NCBI GenBank assembly: GCA_043818275.1
Contig: JBDRFY010000050.1
Coordinates: 10,217-74,216 of the forward strand
Reading direction: 5' to 3'
DNA: 64,000 nucleotides
Source: a bacterium
GTDB taxonomy: Bacteria > Babelota > Babeliae > Babelales > JAUWHS01
Shown here in pieces: positions 1 through 9,755 of the stretch. A program made the translations under genes and the position numbers. Under the pieces are notes generated by a model that was given only the letters and a program-made list of their open reading frames with translations, was not told the DNA's origin and made no database searches. Positions within the stretch are counted from its first letter, which is position 1. Each line of letters opens with the position of its first letter.

Positions 1-1
1 T

Positions 2-409
2 TTATATGCTTATGCTCAGGCAACTGTTCCAAAAATTACTGTAATTTTACGTAAAGCCTATGGGGGCGCGTACATAGTTATGGGCAGCAAACAACTTGGC
101 GCGGATTTTAATTTTGCCTGGCCGACAGCACAAATTGCAGTGCTTGGAGCTAAATCAGCAGTAACAATTTTGCACGGACGTAAATTAAATGAAATTAAAA
201 ATGAAAAAGAGAAAGTTGAATTGCAAACAAAATTGGAAAATGAATATGAAAAAGAATTTGTTCATCCATTTATTGCCACGGAATATGGATATATTGATGC
301 AATTATTGAACCTGATGAAACAAGAAATCATTTAATTAAAGCATTGCAAATTACTGAAAATAAAGTTGAACATTTGCCTAAGAAAAAACACGGCAACATC
401 CCGTTATGA
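2..409 (+). CDS. Acyl-CoA carboxylase carboxyltransferase (beta) subunit, 5'-truncated by window edge
   Basis: Frame is open from position 2 (LYAYAQATVPKITVILRKAYGGAYIVMGSK...). AWPTAQIAVLG, GYIDAIIEP and C-terminal KKHGNIPL are typical of PccB/AccD. Confidence 0.93.
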   Translation, partial: LYAYAQATVPKITVILRKAYGGAYIVMGSKQLGADFNFAWPTAQIAVLGAKSAVTILHGRKLNEIKNEKEKVELQTKLENEYEKEFVHPFIATEYGYIDAIIEPDETRNHLIKALQITENKVEHLPKKKHGNIPL

Positions 410-1162
410 TTTCGGATTTAAAAGATTTTTTATACTTAATTGTTCTTTTGCTTCCAGCAACTTTTCTTCACATTCTAAAGGTTCAACAAAGGCTTTCTGA
501 ATATTACAAATCTCAACAAAACTCAACCCTCCATTTTTTCGTAAATATTTTTCTATTTTTTCATATTCTTTTTTAATCAATGCATTTCTTACAATATATT
601 TCATTTTTACAACAACATCTAAAAAGGTTTCCTGGCGACCTGTACAAACAATATTCAAAAAAGCAATTTTAAAATCTTTGGGAACAATATTTTCCATAAA
701 CAATTTAAACAACCTATAATCCGCATGGAGCACAATATCATATAAAAAATAATAATTGTTTAAAGAACAAAATAAATCTTTTCTCAAAGTAAATAACCCT
801 AAAATCGCTTTTCTATAAAAAACTAAAGAGTCCGCTTTTTTAGAGTCGTAACAAATAATATTATATGGTTCTTGCTTATCAAACAAAGAATTATAGCTGC
901 TCATGAGAAGATTAAAAGAATTTTTCATAAAAAATATAGTGAATAAAGAAAATGTATAACGATAACATAATTTTTTTTCAAAATTGAGATCAATATAATC
1001 TTGTTCACAGAATAAATACGCCATTACACCTACATCAAATGGAGTATAAACAACTCCGTTTACTTTACAGGGATTCATATAAACAGGCGCATTTTTAATC
1101 GCAAAAATATTATTTATAAAAAGCATAAACAAAAAACATAAAAAATATTTTTTGATATTCAT
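404..1162 (-). CDS. Hypothetical secreted protein, paralogue of 1176..1907
   Basis: N-terminal signal-peptide pattern. Shares AI.GL, LY.IV.HADY.L, T.LD and K..Y.KI.K.L motifs with its neighbour. Confidence 0.7.
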   Translation of the reverse strand: MNIKKYFLCFLFMLFINNIFAIKNAPVYMNPCKVNGVVYTPFDVGVMAYLFCEQDYIDLNFEKKLCYRYTFSLFTIFFMKNSFNLLMSSYNSLFDKQEPYNIICYDSKKADSLVFYRKAILGLFTLRKDLFCSLNNYYFLYDIVLHADYRLFKLFMENIVPKDFKIAFLNIVCTGRQETFLDVVVKMKYIVRNALIKKEYEKIEKYLRKNGGLSFVEICNIQKAFVEPLECEEKLLEAKEQLSIKNLLNPKS

Positions 1163-1175
1163 CTTTTTTTCCTCA

Positions 1176-1907
1176 TTAAAAAATTAATTTGGGAAACAAA
1201 GTAGAAACCCCACAATAGGTATGTAAAGATTTTGCTATTTTAAGGTATTGCGATTTAACAAATCCGGGTTCTGATTGAAAATACAACCAAAGAGCAATAT
1301 CTAACAAGGTCACATTAAAAAACTTACCCCCCACATCTAGTTCATACAATTTGTTTATAATTTTATTGGTATAATTTGAATTAAAAAAATTATTTAAACA
1401 AAAATTTAATAAAGAATAATCCGCATGATAAACTATATTATATAAATAATTCAAATCAAAAAATATACAATTAAGCCGACAATAAAACGTTTTAATTACA
1501 ATCAACAATCCTTTGATTGCGTCTAAATAAAGTTCTTTATCTGATTTTATTTGTTCGCAAAATTCTTTTTCAGTAACGCCTACTGGATTCAAACAAGAAA
1601 AATACATTAAAAAAAAGAATTCTAAGATAAGTTTAAATTGATCTATTTCCAAACTTTTAAATGGAGTAATTTCATCACTGGAAAAACTCAAAACTGAATT
1701 AACACATTTTTTTTGAGCCTCAAAAATTTTATAAACATTTTGTGAATATTCAGCATAATATAACATTGAAGTTACAGGTGCATCACTGCTAAAACGTAAT
1801 GAATTAAGCTTACAATAATTAACATTCGACAAAAGTATGATTATAAATAAAAATAGATAAAAAAAACGCACGTTTAACTTTCTGCTTTGTAAAAAAAGAA
1901 TAAACAA
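1176..1907 (-). CDS. Hypothetical secreted protein, paralogue of 404..1162 (start uncertain)
   Basis: Hydrophobic N-terminus; YLYNIVYHADYSLL vs FLYDIVLHADYRLF in its neighbour. Confidence 0.65.
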   Translation of the reverse strand: MFILFLQSRKLNVRFFYLFLFIIILLSNVNYCKLNSLRFSSDAPVTSMLYYAEYSQNVYKIFEAQKKCVNSVLSFSSDEITPFKSLEIDQFKLILEFFFLMYFSCLNPVGVTEKEFCEQIKSDKELYLDAIKGLLIVIKTFYCRLNCIFFDLNYLYNIVYHADYSLLNFCLNNFFNSNYTNKIINKLYELDVGGKFFNVTLLDIALWLYFQSEPGFVKSQYLKIAKSLHTYCGVSTLFPKLIF

Positions 1908-1931
1908 TATTAAATAAAAAATTTAAAAAGG

Positions 1932-1965
1932 CAAAAAAACCCGACATTTTATCAGGTTTTTTTTG
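1932..1965. terminator. Possible bidirectional intrinsic terminator
   Basis: caaaaaaacc...ggttttttttg imperfect inverted repeat with A/T tails. Confidence 0.4.
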
Positions 1966-2047
1966 ATAAAAATTAAAAATTTAGTTAATTATTTTAAACT
2001 TTATGCAATTAAACTATAAAACCTTTCATCATTACTTCGACTTTTAA

Positions 2048-2284
2048 TTATTTTTGATTCATTTTTTCTAATATTTTTTTAGAACGTCCTTGTGCGTAGG
2101 CTCTATCCAAGTATAGCGTATCAAAATGCCGTAATGTATGTTCTTCCAAAACGTTTTTACATAAATTTTTTATATGTAAATGATAAGGAGTTAGTTTGGT
2201 ATTAAATTGTGAATCAGTCCCAAGAAATTCAAACAGATCAAAAAATGCATCTATAGTTTTTGTAGATTTATCATTGGCTAACAA
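2048..2284 (-). CDS. Small hypothetical ORF, possibly a gene remnant
   Basis: 78 codons, TTG start just after a terminator, no clear RBS. Confidence 0.3.
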   Translation of the reverse strand: MLANDKSTKTIDAFFDLFEFLGTDSQFNTKLTPYHLHIKNLCKNVLEEHTLRHFDTLYLDRAYAQGRSKKILEKMNQK

Positions 2285-2305
2285 TTCAAAGTTTGTATTA
2301 ACACA

Positions 2306-2346
2306 AAAAGAAGAAGGCGCGACGATAAGTTGCGCCTTCTTCTTTT
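2306..2346 (-). terminator. Intrinsic terminator closing the 2364..14208 array
   Basis: aaaagaagaaggcgcgac-gataa-gttgcgccttcttctttt long GC-containing hairpin with T tracts on both strands, about 20 nt past the stop of 2364..3788. Confidence 0.85.
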
Positions 2347-2363
2347 ATTAACTAAAATTTTAA

Positions 2364-3788
2364 TTAATTTTTAAAAATAATAGCAGAACCATCTTTAATT
2401 CTTGAAACACCTTTTCCTAATTCAATTGCAGATCGAAGTCTTTCTTCATTTAAAATATCAAGAAGATCAAAGCGTGTTAACATTAAATCATCAATAATTG
2501 ACCTGTGATGACCTGAATCAACAATAATTGGAATACCAAATTCCGGAATAATATTACTTGTAAACCCAACAGCTTCAAGTTCTATTGCTTCCACCGCAAA
2601 TCTATTTTTTGCGGTACTACTTGAAGCATCCCAGATTGGATCACCAGAAACCTGCAATTTATTCGCACCAAGATACGAATTTTCAATGACTATAAATGCA
2701 TCTGCCTGATTATTAACTTTTACAATCACATCATCAAAAATTATTCTGGCTATTCCGTTTGTAGACGTCAGATAAATAAAATTTGTTGCGAAATTTATTA
2801 CCGGAACTTTTCCTTTTTCCAGTTGAGCTTTCGCATCCGAAGTTTCAATCGGCGATCGAAGCACAAAATCAAAATGTAAAACATTGTCTCCCGTTTCTGC
2901 ATAATTTAAAAATCCATTAAACCATACATTATTTTCAAGTAATCTGAACGTGTTATCCAGACTTTCAATATAAAATGACATACCTGTACTTTTTTCAATA
3001 TTAACTGCCGTATTCCCAACCAGACCAAGCGCACCTATAACATTTCCTGATGTTTGATAAGCAAAATATTCAAGTCCCGTTAATTCAATATTTTGTAAAG
3101 CTAAAGTTCCTAAACCAAGATTAAACATTGGAGTATTTGTTGGATCAGCAGGAGTAAATTTCAAACGTTTTTGTCCACCTATTCCCATTATAGTAAATAC
3201 ATTTTGACCTGTAATCTGAAATTTGCCTCTCGTAAATGTAATACTTTCATCCAATCCCCAAACAACATTTTCTCCAAAAATAAGTTGCGATGAATCAGAC
3301 ATTAAAGAAAAAGTTTTTTGAGTTATTCCTAACATTTTTATGTTATTTAATATAACGTATTTTCCAGGAGAAATAATAAATTGAGGATTCAATGATCCGG
3401 CAAAAATAAGAGTCGAGCCATTTCCATCTATATAAGTGTTTGTTCCAAATTCAAAAGATTCATCGGGACCAACAAAACCACTTTCTCCTATTACAGTAGG
3501 ATGACTACTTGTCGCAGAATAATCTGGATATGGAGCCATGTTATAAGATATTATAACTCCATCAGGATAAGCCTCTTCCCAATTTACAGGATAATCTCCA
3601 GTTGCTTTTACAATAGAAGCATGACTCCAGCCAAACTGACGGCCATCACCTGTATATTTCAATCTAACACTTGAGTCTGGTTTTAAAGCCAAAGAAGAAC
3701 TCATACTGGAAAAATCCAAAACTCCTTCAGCTGCATTTAAATTTCCAATTAACAAAAAACAACAAAGAAAAAAACTAATTTTTTTCAT
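2364..3788 (-). CDS. Secreted beta-solenoid-like protein, terminal (type C) member of paralogue array
   Basis: Signal peptide. FSSMSSSLAL...FGW N-terminal motif shared with the type B proteins; TYIDGNGSTLIF, LNNIKM and ITFTRG match the shared array domain; unique C-terminal half. Confidence 0.8.
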   Translation of the reverse strand: MKKISFFLCCFLLIGNLNAAEGVLDFSSMSSSLALKPDSSVRLKYTGDGRQFGWSHASIVKATGDYPVNWEEAYPDGVIISYNMAPYPDYSATSSHPTVIGESGFVGPDESFEFGTNTYIDGNGSTLIFAGSLNPQFIISPGKYVILNNIKMLGITQKTFSLMSDSSQLIFGENVVWGLDESITFTRGKFQITGQNVFTIMGIGGQKRLKFTPADPTNTPMFNLGLGTLALQNIELTGLEYFAYQTSGNVIGALGLVGNTAVNIEKSTGMSFYIESLDNTFRLLENNVWFNGFLNYAETGDNVLHFDFVLRSPIETSDAKAQLEKGKVPVINFATNFIYLTSTNGIARIIFDDVIVKVNNQADAFIVIENSYLGANKLQVSGDPIWDASSSTAKNRFAVEAIELEAVGFTSNIIPEFGIPIIVDSGHHRSIIDDLMLTRFDLLDILNEERLRSAIELGKGVSRIKDGSAIIFKN

Positions 3789-3835
3789 AAACGTCCTTTC
3801 TCCTTTTATTTTTATTTTTATAAAAAATTTTAATT

Positions 3836-6016
3836 TTATGCCGGATTATAATCAACAAATCCCAATGTATCGACAAGAGCTCCGGATAAAACATAAGCAT
3901 CCAAATTATTTTGAGAATTAATTCCATCACCAAAAGTTATGGCCGAACCGGTATTAAGATTAGAATTTGGTATACCGCCATCTAAATTAATTAAATTAAC
4001 ATTATTATTCATAATTAATTTACCTTTTGTCAGCAAAACACCATTTGTATCAGCGGGAGCAGAAAATGTTGAACCATTTAAATAAATACTCGATACTTCA
4101 TCTTTCATTTCAATTAAATTTCTATTTTTATTTCTAGGAGCAAAAGAAAATGTTGTATCAAGATCAAAACAAAGACAAGCATGTGGGTTGATAATTAATG
4201 GTCTGTCTGATTCAAAAATAAATTTTGATGTTCCCGTAAAGGTAACATCATCGTAAACAAAAATTGTTCCCTGGGTAAATGTATAATTTCCGGACATTGC
4301 AATTTCAACATCCTTGAAAACTAACTGACTGTCAGGAGCAAGCATTACAAAGCTTGGATTAGTCAAAGTCTGAATATTTTTAATTTTCATATTTTTTAAA
4401 GTTACTGTAACACCACTATCAACTATTAAATGAGCATTATTATCAAAAACTAAAGTTCCGTTTCTACCATCAAGAATCGTGTTACTTGTAAATTTAAGGC
4501 CTGCATTTGGATAAATACCAACATTACCGCCAAAAACAATCGCCTTATCATGTCCACTTATAGAACCACCAGATTTAAAATATGAACTTGAAGAAAGTTT
4601 TAAATCTGCCTGCAAAATCATTGTTCCACCATTCAAATCAATAGGAGAAGCAACAGCCACATGAATACCAATATAAATTAACGCATCATTATCAAGAGTG
4701 ATTCCTCTCATCTTACAATAATCGGCAACCTCACTTGCTCCATAATCAAAAACAAAATCTTCGGCAAATTTTCTAAAATCTGGCAATTCAGTAAAATAAT
4801 TTTCCCCGGATCTTATTGCGCCACCAACCATTCTATACCAGTCATCCCGAATAGAATCATGCATCCATACTTCACCATAATATCCGGCCTCAAGAAAATC
4901 AATTGTAACTTTTTGAGGTCTTAAAATATATTCTTTGCCTCCCACTCCATCATCAAGAATTACCATTCTGTTTGCATTGTAAAGAGTCCCATAAAGATCA
5001 TAAATGGTTTGTGGCAAATATGGTTCATTAACATTTGCCCAAATTGACCCTTCTTCTCCAACAGAAATATTACCTAAATAATTTGAAGTTAATGTCATAA
5101 CCTGAGATGTTAAACGATCAACAGCTTTTAAATCTATTTTTTCCCATGTATCCAAATCAGGATTCCATTTAACCAGGCTTCTGTCTGTTCCTGTTCCGGT
5201 TGCAGTTGTATCGGTTGAGCGAATTCCAAAAACTAAACCATCACCACCAACAGATAAAGACTGTTGTACCAAATGTTCATCAAGTGTATTTGGATACCAA
5301 CTACCCTTTGACTGATCATTCCATCTCAAACCATTCCATTGGTAAACTTTGGGATTTAGTGAACCATCGTGACCAATTGCCCAAACATGATCTCTGTGTC
5401 CAATCGCAATTCGCCAAAAACGGGTAAAATCTGATGTTGGACTTGGCATAACTTCCCAGGATAAAGTTAATCTGTTCCACTTATATGAAACACCAGAGCT
5501 ATCAATCCCCCACAAAGATCCATCTTTACCGGCAGAAATTTTATACATACCGTTAGTTACAAGCTTCCATGGAAAATCTTGTCCGGGAATTTGTGTATAA
5601 CCATTTACATCATAAATATATAAAAGATTATTTTTTACTCCCCAAATTTCAGACGCTCCACCAATCGCAACCTGCTCAATCCCTGTATCAGTTGCAACAT
5701 TGTCATAAAAAAGAAATCCCGTTTCTGCCAGAGAACCCAAAGCCTGTTTTGCTTCATAAATAAATTCTTCATGAACATTTCCGCCAGAATCATCTGTAAA
5801 ATAATCATAATCATCCTTTGCCTCTTCCGATGATCCGTTAGCAATTGAGGCGTTACTCCATCCATACAAATTTGAAGATGTGGGAATATTAACTTTTGAA
5901 GAAGTATCGCTTAAAACAAAACTTGAATTGGTTTGAGAAAATTGAATTTTTCCATTAACAAAAAAATTAAAAATAAATAATCCTAAAAAGATTATTTTTA
6001 ATTTTATTTTAATCAT
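3836..6016 (-). CDS. Secreted type B protein: tectonin-like beta-propeller plus shared beta-solenoid-like C-terminal domain
   Basis: Signal peptide; repeats QVAIGGASEIWGV, KISAGKDGSLWGID, RIAIGHRDHVWAI, LSVGGDGLVFGI, NISVGEEGSIWA; C-terminal SPIDLNGGT...LSGALV...YNPA. Confidence 0.82.
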   Translation of the reverse strand: MIKIKLKIIFLGLFIFNFFVNGKIQFSQTNSSFVLSDTSSKVNIPTSSNLYGWSNASIANGSSEEAKDDYDYFTDDSGGNVHEEFIYEAKQALGSLAETGFLFYDNVATDTGIEQVAIGGASEIWGVKNNLLYIYDVNGYTQIPGQDFPWKLVTNGMYKISAGKDGSLWGIDSSGVSYKWNRLTLSWEVMPSPTSDFTRFWRIAIGHRDHVWAIGHDGSLNPKVYQWNGLRWNDQSKGSWYPNTLDEHLVQQSLSVGGDGLVFGIRSTDTTATGTGTDRSLVKWNPDLDTWEKIDLKAVDRLTSQVMTLTSNYLGNISVGEEGSIWANVNEPYLPQTIYDLYGTLYNANRMVILDDGVGGKEYILRPQKVTIDFLEAGYYGEVWMHDSIRDDWYRMVGGAIRSGENYFTELPDFRKFAEDFVFDYGASEVADYCKMRGITLDNDALIYIGIHVAVASPIDLNGGTMILQADLKLSSSSYFKSGGSISGHDKAIVFGGNVGIYPNAGLKFTSNTILDGRNGTLVFDNNAHLIVDSGVTVTLKNMKIKNIQTLTNPSFVMLAPDSQLVFKDVEIAMSGNYTFTQGTIFVYDDVTFTGTSKFIFESDRPLIINPHACLCFDLDTTFSFAPRNKNRNLIEMKDEVSSIYLNGSTFSAPADTNGVLLTKGKLIMNNNVNLINLDGGIPNSNLNTGSAITFGDGINSQNNLDAYVLSGALVDTLGFVDYNPA

Positions 6017-6045
6017 TACCCACCTTATTTTTTTATTTTTAAAAA

Positions 6046-7314
6046 TTAATCGGTATTACAGCCATATATTCTTCCATATGTTTCTATTTTGCATCCCGAT
6101 AAAATTTCCATATCAATATCATTTCTTGGATCTGAACCATCACCCCACTGGATTACAGGATAATAAGGAACATTTGGAAAAGGAAACAGAGAAAATGTCC
6201 ATGTATCTGGAATACTTCCATCATTTTTCAGGCATTCCAAAATAACTCTGTTATTAAAAATAACTGTCCCTTTAGTCAACACAATTCCACCAACATCTTT
6301 TAGAACTCCCAGAGCGGGCCACTCATTTCCAGCGGCTGGATAACTTAAATAAAGTTGAATTGTATCTACAGGAATCTGAACTCTACAATTATTAAAAAAT
6401 AAGCGGGAAGACCTGTCTGCCATCACCAATTTTTTTTGGGACAAATCCATAATCCAAAGACTACCCAGCCACAAATATTCACATGGCTGATGATATTTAA
6501 AAATTGTTCCAACATCCATCATAAAAGTTGAATTAGGCGCAATTTGCATCACGCCCTGGAAATATGGATATAAATTAGGATGTTTCCAATATGTTGCAAA
6601 TGCAAACATTTTATTTTCACCACGAACTCTTACATCGTTGTAAATATAAAGACTTCCATAATCAAAAGAATAAGTATCACTTAAATCTAAAATCACATCA
6701 TCTAAAGAAATTTTCGATGTATTGGACTGAGTCGCTATTCCTCCTCCATTTATATAAGCAGCCCCACCCTTTAGATTTTTTACAACTGCATTTTTTATCA
6801 TAAAATTATTAGAACCAATAATAATTAATTGAGCCGCGTCTTCCAAATATAATTCGTTTCCCTGCATATCAATTGTTATATCATTTAATAATCTAATTTT
6901 TCTGTTTGCAGGAATTGTTAAATTTCCATGACAAATTATACTGTTACCATTTCCTTTAATATAAACTGTAGAGCCCGCAGCAGCACCAATTTGCAAATCA
7001 ACTGAAGAACCGATATGTAAATCAGAAAGTAGACCAATCTGAGCACCAGAATCCAATCTAATTGAACCATTTCTAATTGGACACGCAAGACCAAGATTTA
7101 CAGTACAAGTTGGGTCAACATGCAAACCATATTGATAATCAACCATTCCCCAAACATCATAAGTTCCACCACCAGCTGTTGTGTATTGCTCTTCTGAACC
7201 CAATGCATAAACGGTATTACTTCCTATTGCGTTAGAAGTGTTTAAGGCATCAAGAGAATAAAAAAGAATTAATAAATTTATTAAAAACAACAAAACAAAT
7301 TTATTTTTTATCAT
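6046..7314 (-). CDS. Secreted type A protein (LNTSNAxGSNTVYAL family), beta-solenoid-like
   Basis: Signal peptide followed by LNTSNAIGSNTVYAL; shares the C-terminal domain with the other array members. Confidence 0.82.
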   Translation of the reverse strand: MIKNKFVLLFLINLLILFYSLDALNTSNAIGSNTVYALGSEEQYTTAGGGTYDVWGMVDYQYGLHVDPTCTVNLGLACPIRNGSIRLDSGAQIGLLSDLHIGSSVDLQIGAAAGSTVYIKGNGNSIICHGNLTIPANRKIRLLNDITIDMQGNELYLEDAAQLIIIGSNNFMIKNAVVKNLKGGAAYINGGGIATQSNTSKISLDDVILDLSDTYSFDYGSLYIYNDVRVRGENKMFAFATYWKHPNLYPYFQGVMQIAPNSTFMMDVGTIFKYHQPCEYLWLGSLWIMDLSQKKLVMADRSSRLFFNNCRVQIPVDTIQLYLSYPAAGNEWPALGVLKDVGGIVLTKGTVIFNNRVILECLKNDGSIPDTWTFSLFPFPNVPYYPVIQWGDGSDPRNDIDMEILSGCKIETYGRIYGCNTD

Positions 7315-7348
7315 AACTACTCACCTTTATTAATCTTAATGTTCCTCC

Positions 7349-7502
7349 CCGCTCGTCCTGAGCGAAGTCGAAGGATATCGAGCGACAAGCTAAAAACAAC
7401 CAATTATTTAATGTAGAATTAAACTTTATATTGTTCATTTCAATAATTTTATTTCATTTAGTTTACCGCTCGTAATCCTTCGACTACGCTCAGGACGAGC
7501 GG
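7349..7502. repeat. Inverted REP doublet (CGTC-type palindromic repeats)
   Basis: ccgctcgtcctgagcgaagtcgaagga (7349-) and tccttcgactacgctcaggacgagcgg (-7502) are near-perfect reverse complements around an AT-rich spacer; related copy at 53224-53269. Confidence 0.85.
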
Positions 7503-7593
7503 ATAGAGTTAATATTCTATGAATAAAGATACATTATGGCATAACATCAACTCACAAAATAATATCTCTATAACTTTCAAATAATCAACCCTA

Positions 7594-9711
7594 TTAATTT
7601 GGATTGTAATCCAAATACCCTGCAATGTTCACCATAGCGCCCGAAAGCACTTTGGTATCAACACTGTTTTCTGCTGCACCATCTCCCAAAGTTATTGCTT
7701 TATTTATATCGGTATTTGGAATTCCATTATTTAAATTTTTCAGATTAACGTAATTGTCAAAAACCATAGTTCCTTTTGTAAGCAATATTCCATTGTAAGT
7801 TCCATTAGCAGGAGCAGCAAAAGTAGATTGATCCAAATATAAAACAGATGTCGCGTCGCTTAATTTAAATAAATCTCTCGCTCCAGAATTTGGAACATAG
7901 GACAATGTTGTACCCAAATCAAAATAAATAGTTGAATGTGGATTAATAAACCACGGCATATTTGATTCATAAATAAGTTTTGAAGTACCTGTTATTTTTA
8001 AATCATCATCTAAAAATAAAACCCCTTGAGTAAATGTATAATCTCCGGAAAGTTCAATCTCAACATTTTGAAAAGATAAAAAACTATTTTCAGACATTTC
8101 AATAACTGAATTGGCTGCATCCTGCAAACCTTTAAGAACTAAATTTCTTAATGATAATGTGACACCATTATCAATTTTTAATTTCGCGTTTTTATGCAAA
8201 GTTAAAGCGGCTCCTAAACCATCAATTACTGTTGTATCTGTAAATTGTAAACTTTGATTTTCATAAAGAGACAAATCATTTCCCAGAAAAATTGCATACC
8301 CAGAACCTGCAATTTTTCCGCCGGTCATAATGTAAGTTGTTGAAGAAAAATAAAGATCCGATTGCAATTGCATTGTTCCACCATTAAGTGACAATGGAGA
8401 TTCTAATGCTTCAGGAGCTACCCAAATTGTTTCCGGATCTTCTAATGTTGTATCAGAATTTGTAGTAAAACCTTCTTCTTCGTGATAACCAGAAGGAACA
8501 GATCTTAATCCTGTCATAGAAGTTATGTTTGGCATTTGAGCCAAATAATTAATAACAGAACGAATAACTCCACCAACCAATCTATACCAATAACTTAGGT
8601 AAGGATCAAAACACCATGCATCACCATAATAACCCATCTCAGTCAATGACGTTTCTTTTCTAACCTCAGTCAAAATTGCCGAGTAAGGAGCTGTTTTGGA
8701 AAGTTTTTCCAGTTTATAAAAAATAGGATAAGGCGAACCACCTGGTGTAATAATTATTCCAATATTATCTCTACGTCCAACAGAAATATTATCTATTGTG
8801 TGACCTGATAATCCTAAAGATACTTCATTCCAGGCTTCTGTTGTCCGGTCCCAAATTACTAATTTATCTCCCCCTGCATCACCATGAACACCTAAAATAA
8901 TTATATCAATTAACCCATCTCCACCAACTGAAATTGATTTATCCGGATACAAAGCGCCCACACTTCTGTCTATCCACTGATTTGATTCATTGTGCCAATT
9001 ATAAACATAATAAGTTGGACCACCATAATTTACCCCGAGTGCCCAAATATGATTTTTATCACAAACAGACAAATCAAAAAAATCATTAATTGCCCCGGGG
9101 ACAGGTTTTGCTATCCATGTTAAATTTTTGTCATCCCAGGCGTAAGGAGCTCCCGAAGTCAAACCACCATAAGCTCCGCCAATTCCCCAGACAGTATTTT
9201 CTCTTCCCGCGGAAAGTAATAAAGGCGCGTCTCCTTTTTCATGCCATGGAAATTTTTGATCTTCAATCTGAGTTTCACCATCAATATCAATAAAATAAAA
9301 TTTACTACCCTTTATTGCCCAAACATTTGCCGCCGAGCCAACACTAATTTGACTTACATCTCCACCCCAGGCTTTATCGTAATAAGGAATACCCGCCAAA
9401 TTAAAAGAATTCAAATAAGACCTTGCTTCAAAAACATATTCTTTTTTTAACCTTAATGAATCAAGAGCATTAAAAACAGTCTGATCTTTATAATTAACTA
9501 TTCTGTCCGGTTCGGTAAATTCAACAAGTGTGCCACCTTTCCATCCAATTAAAGAACTTCCGTTTGCCAGACAAAATTGCGATGTTGTGTCACTTAAAAC
9601 CAAACTTGATGAAATATTTGAAAAAGGAGTTTTATATTCCTGCAACGCATTAAGTGAAAAAAATGAGATCAGACTTAACGCAAAAAGATTTATTTGAAAT
9701 ATTCCTTTCAT
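7594..9711 (-). CDS. Secreted type B protein: tectonin-like propeller plus shared C-terminal domain
   Basis: QISVGSAANVWAIK, LSAGRENTVWGI and LSVCDKNHIWAL repeats; GYYGDAW...WYRLVGGVIRS motif; ends LSGAMV...YNPN. Confidence 0.82.
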   Translation of the reverse strand: MKGIFQINLFALSLISFFSLNALQEYKTPFSNISSSLVLSDTTSQFCLANGSSLIGWKGGTLVEFTEPDRIVNYKDQTVFNALDSLRLKKEYVFEARSYLNSFNLAGIPYYDKAWGGDVSQISVGSAANVWAIKGSKFYFIDIDGETQIEDQKFPWHEKGDAPLLLSAGRENTVWGIGGAYGGLTSGAPYAWDDKNLTWIAKPVPGAINDFFDLSVCDKNHIWALGVNYGGPTYYVYNWHNESNQWIDRSVGALYPDKSISVGGDGLIDIIILGVHGDAGGDKLVIWDRTTEAWNEVSLGLSGHTIDNISVGRRDNIGIIITPGGSPYPIFYKLEKLSKTAPYSAILTEVRKETSLTEMGYYGDAWCFDPYLSYWYRLVGGVIRSVINYLAQMPNITSMTGLRSVPSGYHEEEGFTTNSDTTLEDPETIWVAPEALESPLSLNGGTMQLQSDLYFSSTTYIMTGGKIAGSGYAIFLGNDLSLYENQSLQFTDTTVIDGLGAALTLHKNAKLKIDNGVTLSLRNLVLKGLQDAANSVIEMSENSFLSFQNVEIELSGDYTFTQGVLFLDDDLKITGTSKLIYESNMPWFINPHSTIYFDLGTTLSYVPNSGARDLFKLSDATSVLYLDQSTFAAPANGTYNGILLTKGTMVFDNYVNLKNLNNGIPNTDINKAITLGDGAAENSVDTKVLSGAMVNIAGYLDYNPN

Positions 9712-9755
9712 CCTTGCGCCCCTTTTTATAAAAATTTATTGGGCAAATTTTTTAT

